Source: Octopus sinensis
Taxonomy: Eukaryota
Direction: 5' to 3'
DNA: 64,000 nucleotides
NCBI RefSeq assembly: GCF_006345805.1
Contig: NC_043002.1
Coordinates: forward strand, 35,216,001-35,280,000
The notes below the pieces were generated by a model that made no database searches, was not told where the DNA came from, and saw only the letters and a program-made list of their open reading frames with translations. The position numbers and the translations under genes were made by a program. This document shows, piece by piece, positions 26,480 through 40,082 of this stretch; within the stretch, counting starts at the first letter, position 1, and each line of letters starts with the position of its first letter.

Positions 26480-29400
26480 TATATATATAATATATATACA
26501 CTAGTGCATACATATATACATATATATGCACACACACACATATATATTCATGCATGTATACATACATGCATACATATATACATACAAATATTTACATATA
26601 TATACATATATGTATACAAAGATATATACATACGTATATATACATATATACATACATATATATATATATACATACATATATATACATATATATACATACA
26701 TGTATACAAAGATATACACATACGTATATATATACATATATACATACATATATATATATATATTATACATACATATATATACACATATGTATACACACGT
26801 ACATATATACATATAGATATACACACCAACGCATATATACATTGTAATAGAAGGATTCCAACCACATCTCAAGAGACTAAATGGTGGACTGACTCATTGT
26901 TATAAAACAAAGAATTGTGAGAGATTGACAGTTCATGTTGTAAGTGATCCTTTGTTATAGAGTGTTGAGTCTGCAAATAGTAATGCATCATGTATATACT
27001 TTCTTCTCCCCTGCTTTATTATGTCATATATCCAATACAAGGATATAAAAGTGGCAACAAGTTGTTTGAAGCTTGCATTGGATGTTAAAATTTTTTTTTG
27101 CTATGAAACCAAAGAAAATGTCGTTTTTAACAAGGAAGACTTATTGGCCTCCATGGTGCAGTTGCAACTGCAGCAGCAGCAGTCACAACTACAACAGCAA
27201 CAGCAACAACAACAAAACCAACAGTTACTGGAATTAATGTTGAAGAAGTCTGGAAATACTTCAGGTCCATACTCACCAGACAGCATAGCAAACTCAATTG
27301 GAGAATTCAAATACAACCCAGAAGAAGGTATTTTCTTCTTTGCATAATTTCATAGATATGAAGAAATCTTCAAAGATGAGTGTGAAAGTAGGTCCAATGA
27401 GAAAAAATTACAATTACTTTTAAGAAAGTTATCCCTTGCCAAACATGAAAATAAAGTGATTATATTTTGCCAAAGAAGCCATATAAGATTTGTTTCGATG
27501 AAACAAATATTTTATCGAACATTTTCAGTGAAAGAAGCTCTCTGTCTAATATTTGCTGGCAATGTTTAAATTTCATCAAAAAAGATAAAGATTTTGTCAC
27601 CTATGCTGGAGTGGTTAACAGAGAGTGTGAGAAATTCAAATTGAACCCTGACATGTTCAAGTTTTTAATATTTGCTCAAGGGCTTACTGCTAGCAAAGAT
27701 GCAGATACACATTCCCAGATATTAACAAAATTAGAACAGAACCAAAATTTAGCTGTACAGGCAGTAGCAGAAGAATGTCAGAGGATTATCAATCTATGAC
27801 AAGGCGTAAATAAAATTGAAGAGAAAGATTGTGTTTAGATTCAAGTGTATCAATCAGTAATGAATAAGAAAATAGGCAAAAAACATATCAAGACCAAATC
27901 CATGTTATGGGTACAGTGGTCTACATTTTAAAAATAACTATCTGTTTAAAAATATAAAATGTTACAAGTGTGGTAAAATATGCTTTAAAATGTCACATTG
28001 TAGGACAAAAAATACAGACGAGCCTCAAAGAAAATTTATATATCATCATCATTTAGCATATGGCATGGGTTGGATGGTCTGACCTGAACTGGCAAGCTGG
28101 GAGGCTGTACCAGACTCCTCTCTGATTTGGCATAGTTTCTATGGCTGGATGCCCTTCCTAAAGCCAATCACTCTGAGAGTGTAATGGGTGCTTTTATGTG
28201 CCACCAGCATGAGTGCCATTAGCCTGATGCCAGTATCTGTCATGTCTGCAATTTTACTTGGCTTGATGGGCCTTCTTCTGAAGCACAACATAATGCTAAA
28301 GGTCATTCATCATTGCTTCTGTGTGACTCAAAATACGAAGATCATGCTTCACTACCTCGTCCCATATCTTCCTGGGTCTATCACTACCACAGGTTCCCTT
28401 CACAGTTTGAGATCAGCACTTCTTTACACAGCTGTCCTTGTCCATACACATCACATGACCATACCAGCAGAGTTGTCTCTCTTGCACACCACATCTGATG
28501 CCTCTTATGCCCAACTTTTCAAAATGTTTACACTGTCAAACATGCACACTGACATTTTACATCCAGCAAAGCATACCAGCTTCATTTCTTTCAAGCCTAC
28601 ACATGTCCTTGGCTGTCACAGCCCATGTTTCACTGCTGTGTAGCATAGCTGTTCGTACACAGGCATCATACAATTTGCCTTGCACTCTGACGGAGCAGTC
28701 CTTTGTTGCCAGCAGAGGTACTATCTGAACTCTGCCCAGCATCCACCTCCACTACTGACTTGGTCACCTTGATAATGGAAGCTATCTACTACCTCTAGCT
28801 TACTCTACTGTCAGAGAGATCCAGTTTAGAAAATATCTTACCACCATTTAATTTCACAAAGTTTTTTTTTTAAACCTATAGATATGATAAAGAAAGCTGG
28901 GAGGATGGTGTAATAATTAAGCAAATTGGAAGAATGATATTCCTGGTAAAAGGAAAAAATGTTGAATACAAAAGACATATTAACCAGCTTAAGAAAAGAC
29001 TCACAGAAAATACAGTCATAAGAAGTTAAATCCCTATGGAAGTATTGTATGACACATTTGAGGTACCAACACCCAGGCAATTTGAAACTACACATTCTAG
29101 CACCAAGAAACAGAAAAGAACAGAAACACTGGAATTGAACCCTAAGCATGAAATATATTAAAACTCTGAGTGGAGTCAATACTAAAAGGGGAGAAGATTC
29201 TAAAAAGGGGGCATGTGGGAGGATTCCAACCAACCCTTTAGTGACTAAAAGGTGGACTGACTCATTGTTATAAAACAAAGAACTGTGAGCAATTGGCAGT
29301 TCGTGTTGGTAAGCAGTTCACCATGAGCCTTTGTTATAGAGCATTAAGTCTCATGTAATACTAATCCATCATGTATAGATTTTCTTCACCACTCCTCGCT

Positions 29401-30857
29401 TCGTTATATTGAGTATCCAATACAAGGATATAAAAATACACACACACACACATATATATGTATATACATATATACATATATATACACATACACATATGCA
29501 AATATATTGGCTCATCCCATAAATAATGCGGATTTTTCAATTGCATAAACTAAAATTCAGAGGGGAATGGGATAAACTACCTGCATCAACTTGCTATATA
29601 AGCAGGTAGCAATTTTACCTTGTCCTTATTCTTAGTGTAAGTTTTGAAGAGTGCTGTTCGATTTTAAAAGCTATTTTTTAAAGCTATAAAAGAAGTGACA
29701 AAGAGCATATTTGGCATATTTTGCTTTGTGAGTGCAATAAAGGTGACAGCACAACAGAAAGTATGAGGAATATTAATGCAGTATATGGGGATTGGACATA
29801 AGAGTAAGCCAGTGTTAATGGTGGTTCCAGAAATTCCAAGCCAGAAACTACAGCCTAGAAGATGAGCCTCAGCCTGGAAGAGCAGTACAGCTCAATGAGG
29901 ACATCCTGCAAACCTTGGTAGAACAAAATCCCATTGTAACTGTTGAGGAACGAACAGACAAGCTTGGATTTGGTCATTCAACCATTCATCGACACTGGTG
30001 TGCCATCAGAAAAGTCAGCTAATTTGATCAATGGGTTCCTCACAAAATTTCTGAATCTGCTTGCATGCAGAGAGTGAATGTGTGCTCTTCCTTACTGTCA
30101 TGTTTCACAAATGAACCTCTTTGGGATTGAATAGTGACTGGTGATGAGAAATGGGTTCTCTATAAAAAGCACTGAAGACAGTGAGTAGGGAAAGAAGAAA
30201 CACCAGCACCCCAGGCTAGAGAAGATCTTCACCCACGTAAGGGGTTGTTATCTGTTTGGTGGAATATGAAAGGTTTAGTCACCTTTGAGCTTTTAAACCC
30301 AAACCAAATGATAACAAAGGAGATCTACTGCAAGCAACTTGAGTGGCTTAAGTCAGTGCTAGAAGAAAAAGGACCATCTTTTGTTTCAAGACAAAAGGTG
30401 TTTTTCTATTAGGATAATGCTCAGCCACATAAAGCGAGGATGATATTCCAAAAGCTGGAGCAATTTGAATGGGAAACAATGCCCCACCCACCATATTTGC
30501 CAGACATTGCCCCTTCTGATTATCATTTATTCCGCAGTCTTCAAAATCATTTGGACGGAAAAAAATATTAATTCTGTAGATGAGATCAGAACTGTATTGG
30601 AGAAGTGTTTTACGTCACAGACAAGTGAATTTTGGAGGAGGGGCCTTGCGAGTCTACCAGATAGATGGAAGAGCATTGTAGAAAATGAAGGAGAGTATAT
30701 TTTAGATTAAAAAAGAACTTCATCTTAATTTTCAAAAATAAAAGAAGTAAAAAATGTGCATTATTTATGGGATAACCCATATATATATACATATATATGT
30801 GTGTACATATATTCTATATATATACATATATATGTGTGTACATATATATATATATAT

Positions 30858-30889
<32 letters not shown>

Positions 30890-30950
30890 ACATCTATATG
30901 TGTGTACATATATATTATATATATATATATTATATACATACATATATATG

Positions 30951-30988
<38 letters not shown>

Positions 30989-31042
30989 TATTGTGTACAT
31001 ATTATATATATATATATATATTATATATATTATATATGTGTG

Positions 31043-31084
<42 letters not shown>

Positions 31085-32071
31085 ACATACATTATATATA
31101 CATATAATATATATATATAATATATATATATACATACATATATATACAAATATAATATATATATATATATATACCTATATATATAATATAATATTATATA
31201 GATATTATATATATATACATAGATATATTACATATAATATATATATATATATACATATTATACATATATATATCTATATTATATATACATATATATATAT
31301 AATATATATATTATACTACATTATATTATATAAATATATATACACACATATATAGATATATATATTATATATACATATAATATATATATAATATATTATA
31401 TATACATATGTATTATTATAATATATATATACATATATATATACATATACATATATATTACTATACATCTATATATACATAGATATTATATATATATATA
31501 TAAGTTAATCCAAACAAGAACACAAAAAAACAAACACAACAACGCGAGGACGTGAACAAATAAAGTATTATTGGACGCTCAGGAAAGAAGGGAAGAAGGA
31601 GTGTTTAACGTTTCGAGCAAAGCTCTTCATCAGAAACATAGGAGAAGGAAAGATCCCGAGAAGGGAAGACAAAGGAAAAAAATCGCCAGTGGTACTCACG
31701 AGGTCACATATATTTGTATATACATATATGTGTATATATATGCATATATGTATGTGTGTATATATATATATATGCATATATGTATGTGTGTGTGTATATA
31801 TATATAAACATACGTATATGCATATATAAATACACACACATACATATATACATATATATATATACACACGTATATGCATATATATATACACACACATACA
31901 TGTATACATATATATATATACACACGTACATGCATATATATATACACACATACATATATACAAATATATATATATACACATACGTATATACATATATATA
32001 TATACACACACATATATATATATACACACACACATACATATATATATGCATACACATATATATATATATAT

Positions 32072-32104
<33 letters not shown>

Positions 32105-33352
32105 CACTCATACATACATATATATATATCCCACACATACATATATATATATATACACACACACATACATATATTATATATACACACACATACTATATAT
32201 ATATATATTTAATATATAATATATATAATATATATATATATATATTATATATATATAACACACATATATATACACACACATACAGAGGTTGGACAAAATG
32301 ATGGAAACACCTGGCATGATAGCATCATAATTTTGAAATATCTATAAAACTATCAAAAGCTTGTTTAATTTTATGTTTTTTGCTTTATTATTAGTGTTGC
32401 TTAAAATGTTTTGCTAAAATTGCTGTTTCTTTTCAGATATTATAAGAAAAAGGTAATTAAAATTCATTAAAATGATAGATCTATCAGTCTTTCAAAGAAA
32501 TCAAAATGTGGCAGGCGTAACGAAAACAGCCAAAATGCTTGGTGTATCAAGAAGTACTGTCTCGAAAGTAATGACAGCCTTTGAGAAAGAGGAAAAAAAC
32601 CTCGTCGTTGAAACAAAACTCCGGAAGAAAACCAAAACTTTCAGATAGGGACCGTCGGACTCTTATTCAAATTGTTAGAAAGGATCACAAAAATACAGCT
32701 CCCAAAATCACTGCAGAGCTTCATGATAACCTCAAGAACCCAGTTTCCACAAAAACTGTTCATCAGGAGCTGCACAAAGCCGGATTTCACAGGAGAGTTG
32801 CAATCAGAAAACTACTACTTTCAAAAACAAACATTGCAAAGCATTTAGAGCAGAGTAAAAACTTACAGAATTGGTACTTAGAGCAGTGGACTAGTCATCC
32901 TTTACCTTATTTCTGACCACCAGCCAAGTATACATGTGGAGACAGACAAAAGAAGCATTTGACCCAGACTGCCTTCTTCGAACTCTTAAACATAGAGGAG
33001 GATCTGTGATGATCGGGGGGGGGGGATATATCTTGGAAATCCGCCGGCCCAATAGTTTCCTTTCATGGCAGAATTAATAGTCAAGACTAAGCATTTTATC
33101 TGATCAAATTCATCGTATGGTTGTGGAACTGTTTCCAGAGGGAAACACACTCTTTCAGGATGATAATGCACCAATTCATACAGCTAAAATTGTTACTGAA
33201 TGGCACGAGGAACATTCTAGTGAAGTTGAACATCTTATCTGTAAATACTGCCAAAGTTGGTCCTACCCCATATCAAAATAAATTTGTTTGAAATTTTAAG
33301 GTGTTTCCACATATATATATATACACACACACATACATATATATATATACAC

Positions 33353-33423
<71 letters not shown>

Positions 33424-34606
33424 TACATATATACATATATATATATATAGATATATAATTATAAATTTTCTTTAGAAAAGCATAGGAAGCATGAAAGCGA
33501 TCAAGTCAAACCAAAGATGCCAGACAAGTACGAGATATATAGAGAAGAAGTTTAACTCAGGCAGACTACGATTGGTGTATGCATGTACGGATTTAATATG
33601 ATAGAATTGTCCAAAACATATATTAATACATTCAGAATATAAAGATATAGAAATATAAAAAATATATATAAATGTTAAAAATATGCAAGGACAAATAAAT
33701 ATATAGATATATAAATATAATAGAGTATAGATAAAAATACAGGTAAGAACAATGAAATATAGAAAGACATTTCTTTTAAAAATTCAAAATAAATTATGGA
33801 ATGGAGGAAGTAAGATATTTAAGAAGAGTTTTTGGTGCCATATTTAGAGGAAATGAAGAAATCCAACGATCATTTCTAGAGTTCATTCAAAGAGTACATG
33901 TGAATCTTAGGATTTACTTCCAAGGAATGCCCCCATCATCAGGAAAAAGAAAAGAATATTGTTTGTGCCAGAAATGCATTAAATGGTTTTGCAAGTATTA
34001 ATTAATTTATGTTTTATATAAGAGTCATACGAGTTATGGAAATCATTAAGAGGGCTGGTGGGAGTTTAAAAAATTTTTTAATTTTTTAAAATTATAAGCA
34101 AGTGGCAATATATTGTTGGAGTATGGAAAATGATACTATGCGGGTTCAAATTTAAATTTACTCTTGAAAGTTGAATAATGTCTATGGTTACATGAATGAA
34201 TAGCTTCAGAAAATTTATTTAAAACTGGAATTAAAAATGCGAAGGATTATATATGATTCTGTTATATACAGTCAACATCTGCTGGTAATGGTATCTTCAC
34301 TGTATCTCTCGCACTTGTTTCTATAATTTTCTAAAGAAAATTTATAATCATACACTTTGGCTCGAATGAGAACTTCTCATAGATAGCAATAATGGATATA
34401 TATATATATTTCTTTACTACCCACAATGGGCTAAACACAGAGGGAACAAATAAGGACAGACAAACGGATTAAGTTGATTATATCGACCCCAGTGCATATG
34501 GCTACGCATTTCGCCCGGCGTGCTAATGTTTCTGCCAGCTCACTGCCTTGAAATGGATATATTATATATATATATATATACACACACCACACACACAACA
34601 CATACA

Positions 34607-34647
<41 letters not shown>

Positions 34648-35637
34648 ATCAAAATAAGCAACAAAGATATTCAGAGGTAATGCAGTACGATTGTTTCACG
34701 CAACTCCTTTTAATTGAACAATGCAACCATTACATCAATTTAAATGCAGAGCAATCCTCAACTGCACAAAGACATAGAATTTAATTAAATTAAAACAGAT
34801 GGACACATTAGTATAATTTCACCTAAAATCTCCAAGAAGTTAAGGAGATAGACAAAGAACATGCTGCCTTTCCTTCGACTTAGAAGCTACTAAGGTATCA
34901 GGAAGAAAGACTTGTTACAGATTTTGCTTGTCACTGTTATTTGGGGTCAGTTTTAATTTATAGACTAGTTTTATCAAATTCTAGCATATTATTAATGCTA
35001 TGTACTGCAACATTCTTTGGAGCCAGGATAGCTCGCTCACAGATCCAATCTATATTGTAATTATGAAGAAGATTAAAAAAGATTTCATCCATCAAATCAT
35101 CGATGGAATGAGTTGAATTACTTATTAGATTGAGTGTAAGAAACTATTCTTCATAGAATCTGAAGCAGGTTACTCGTCCTGGATGTGTATATTCTATAAG
35201 AGAATATGCAAGGACAATTAAAAGATTCATTGTGAATGTGAATGAAGATAGAAAAATAGCTATATCATACAGAAGACTATGTTCCGATTGTGTGATGGCA
35301 TTAGACTGATAGAGAGGCAAAGAGAGAAAAAAGGAGAGAAGGAAAGAGAGAAGAAAAAGGGAGAAAGGAAGAGAGAGAGAAAGAGAGGGAAAAGAGACAG
35401 AGAGAGAAGAAAGAAAATCATAGAGAAATGGTGTCTGGTTTTAGTTTCACTTTGCAGGACAAACAAAGAGACAGAATCTCTCTGAAGTAGCATGGCAGAG
35501 AGAGAGACAGGCAAATAGACAGAGAATATAGACAGGGAGAGAGAGAATAGAGGAGACATAGAAAGAAAATCTTAGAGAGATAGTGTCTGGTTTTAGTTTC
35601 ACTTTGTGGGACAAACAAACAGACAGAATCTCTCTTT

Positions 35638-35680
<43 letters not shown>

Positions 35681-35912
35681 TATATATATATACATGCATA
35701 TATTTATACTTATATATATATATATATATACACATACATATATATACATATAAATGTATATACACATATATATATACATATACATGTATATACATGTACA
35801 TAAAAATATAGTATGTACACATACATATATATATATGAACATATATATACACATACATTTATATATATATACACACATACATTATATATGTACACATACA
35901 TAATATATATAC

Positions 35913-35959
<47 letters not shown>

Positions 35960-36046
35960 CAATATATATATATACATATATATATATATACATATATATA
36001 TATATTATATATATACATATATATACATATATATATATATATATAC

Positions 36047-36097
<51 letters not shown>

Positions 36098-36205
36098 TAT
36101 ATACATTATATATATATATATATACATAATATATATATATATATATACATATTATAATATATATATATATATACATTATATATATATATATATTATATAT
36201 ATACA

Positions 36206-36282
<77 letters not shown>

Positions 36283-37651
36283 TATATATATCTATATATA
36301 TATATATATTATATATATACATACATACATATATATACACAAACATACATACATATATATACACAAACATATATATATATATATCTATATATATAATATA
36401 TATATATATATATATCTATATATATATATATATATATATAATCAATAATAACTCTTAGAGCTGAGTTATAACAGGAGCTGCAACACTTCGTGACGTATAT
36501 TTGCCATTTAAATATGGCTAACTCCTAAGGGTGGATGCTACTGTAATTTGTAGACCCAGGAGGACATCTCCTGGGCCTACAAACTACAGTAGCATCCACC
36601 CTTAGGGGCTAGCCATATTTAAATGGCAAATATACGTCACGATATATATATATATATAGATATATATATATATACATGCCCCCTCGTTATCGAGTATGGC
36701 CATTGCACGATGCTTAATCAATGTTGTTATCATGTAATGCCTGTGCAAGAAGATTTTTTTAAAGTGACAAAAGGCTGTGCACTGAGTCAATCCCATTCAC
36801 TAAGCAACAGCAGCCATAATCCGAAAAGAAGAACAAGTCAACGTCATCGGTAACCACTGAGTTGCAGGTTTTATGTCGGAGTTATCCCAGTTACCTGAGT
36901 TACCTTCTCCTAGAACGATGCCCTAACAAATCTAGGAGTCCTTCACTCCCAATAGTTTAACCGCAAGATCGGGTATTCAGTCCGATTATTTCTATGTCCC
37001 CGCGCATGATACAGACTTAAGGCATTTATTGGATGGCCATTGACTCTCAAGAGTTCCTCCACCCTTTGACGGGTTTTGTTTTTCATCCCGCAGGGTGTCC
37101 AATAAACATCCTCCTCACCAAGCAAGCTTGGTGGGGTTGTCGGTTTAGTCGCCGACGAACTGACCATACAACAGGTTGTACTGGGTTACATGTTACCAGT
37201 AGCACTTGAAAGTGACCTGACATAAAATATATATATATATATATGTATATATATGTATGTATATGTATATATATGTATGTATATATATATATTTATATAT
37301 ATATATATATATATGTTAGTTATATATATATATATAGTATAATATATATACATATATATATACACACATATATACATATATATACATATATACACAGATA
37401 TATATTCATATATATATACACATGTATACATATATATATATATATAAATATATACGAATACATATATATATACAGACATATATACACATACATATACCAC
37501 ATATGCATACACATACATATACACATATGCATACACATACATACATATATATATATATATTATATATATATTATATATAATATATATATAATAATATAAG
37601 ACACATACATACACATACATGTACAGATATGCATATATATATATAGATATA

Positions 37652-37690
<39 letters not shown>

Positions 37691-38201
37691 TATATAGAAG
37701 GAGCTTCTACAGGACTAGAACTGTTTCATTCAAGAGAAATCTTCAGTACCTTATTTACTGTGGTTAACCCCGAATCAACCCGGGACCTACATATATATAT
37801 ATATATATATATACATACATATACAGATATATATATATACATATCACATGATCACGTGACCGACCAGTCCATCAGATGTAGTTACACATCGCTGGTCACA
37901 ATGTGTTCGCATTGTTTTAGCCTTCGAATGACGTCACCCCGCTGGCTAAGCGAGCAGGCCAACAGAAGAAAGAGTGAGAGAAAAAGTGGTGAAAGAGTAC
38001 AGCAGGGATCACCACCCCCTGGCGGAGCCTCGTGGAGCTTTTAGGTGTTTTCGCTCAATAAACACTCACAACGCCGGTCTGGGAATCAAAACCGCGATCT
38101 TACGGCCGCGAGTCCGCTGCCCTAACCACTGAGCCATTGCGCCTCCATATATACATATACATACATATATATATACATAAATATATACATATACATACAT
38201 G

Positions 38202-38271
<70 letters not shown>

Positions 38272-40038
38272 GGAGAGATTTACGAAAAAAACAAAAGACG
38301 AAGACAAGTGGTGTACAAAACAAACAGATGTATTAGTATAACGCTCAAGGATAGAAAAAGTCTTTTACGTTTCGAGCCTACGCTCTTCTACAGAAAGTGA
38401 CACAGAAAAAACAAGGAGAGAAACAAGGAGAGAGAAAAATGTGTGTAGTGGCTAATGATCTATCATGGCGACTGGCATAAGTATATACATACATATACAC
38501 ATATAAACAAGCATATGTACATGCATACTCACATATATGCATATTTACATATACATACATATACACACACTCACACATATATGTACATACATATACATAT
38601 AAAGTATGTATGCAAGTGTATGCTTCCATGTGTTGACACCATGTGGTTGTTGTAAATGAGTGTCAGTCATAGAAGCAGTGTTATTTGTTTCCAATATTTT
38701 ATGAAAACATGTCTAGCCACAGTGAAATATTACCTTGCTTGGAAGCAGCTGAAGACTGATAACAAGAAAAGCATATGGCTGTAGAAAATCTACTTCAGTA
38801 AACTTTGTCCGATCCATACAGGCAAAGGAAAATGGATGTTAAAATGATGGTGATAATTCTTGCTTTTCTACTTTTCATTAATCTTACTTTGTAATCCTAA
38901 AGATATTTTCAGTAAACAATATTTTCAACCCTTAATTCCTGAAATTGTTTTCTTCCTTGAGATGTTTGTTTATGTGTTCATACCAAATCAAACACTAAAT
39001 CACACCCAATTGTTTTAACCCTTTGTTTTAGAAGTGCAAGTGTGTGCAATCCCATTTTCACTAAGACCATAAATAAATACAGTTTAACTAATTTTCAGAA
39101 ATTGTTTAGAAGCATTCCAGAAATCGCTTTATATAATTTTATGTGTACAAGTACATCGTTACAAATGTTAAAGTTAAGGATACATAGATACTTGTATATA
39201 CAGTATGCTTAACATAAATGACCTTGTGATATTTTAGCCAATAATTATCGAAAATATTCCTCATTATTGAAATGCCTAATAATACAATCATCCAAAAAAA
39301 TCAACAAATGTTATCTACATAGATAATCAGAAGTCACTTTTGGCACAAATTTGAAATTACCTTTAAATATTTTGATTATTAGCCAAAAGCAAAAGAAATA
39401 GAATTCCAAAGATGTTTGGATTAATCCATCAAAACTGCTGATTTTAAATTAAGAATCAGATGAATCTTTCTAAGCTACTGATGTCTTCTAAGTGTCTTAT
39501 ATAACATGATACAATTGAATCGCTATGGTGATATTGTTAACAAGAGTAAAATTTCTAATTAAAACAGTATTATATGGCCACTCACTATATAATCATTAGG
39601 TTCTGAGTTTGAGTCAAGTTTTTTTAGATCAGAGAGACATTTTTGTCTATCATTTATCTAAAAGTAAAAGGCTTTGTAGCAAGACATCCCTCTCTGCCCC
39701 GGTCCCAAACAAACTGAACAAAGCATTAATCAACTGTACAAAAGGAAATTGAGAAGAATAATGGCTGCCTTCCCTATATCAAAATGTCATCTGCCATAGT
39801 CATTTATACTGCTGAGGATGGCAAGATTAATGTATTCAATAAAAGCATACTGTGTTATTTTGTTCTATCACAATAAAATCTCATTACAACTGGTCAACTC
39901 TGCCTTCTGTCTTACTCTAAGACTGATAAAATAAGTGCCAGACAAGGTACTGGTGTTGATATTCTTGACTAAAACTATTGAAGACAGTGTGCTGAAACAG
40001 CCATAGCTCAGTGACACCAATAAAAAAAACATGAGAAG

Positions 40039-40082
<44 letters not shown>

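Noticed and set aside
27021-27347. Poly-Gln ORF as a host regulatory protein
   Set aside because: It is the gag N-terminus of the Gypsy relic, between the PBS and downstream gag motifs.
33905-33950. Minus-strand CTGATGA-TGGGGGCATTCCTTG-GAAG motif
   Set aside because: GAAA is broken, there is no palindromic helix III and helix I does not pair; at best a dead remnant.
38070-38147. Possible tRNA gene
   Set aside because: There is no complete acceptor stem, the B box is altered, and it continues into a SINE body.
39699-39708. CCGGTCCCAA, resembling the twister P4/L4 segment
   Set aside because: The required GCCCGG, UAA and GAGG elements are missing.
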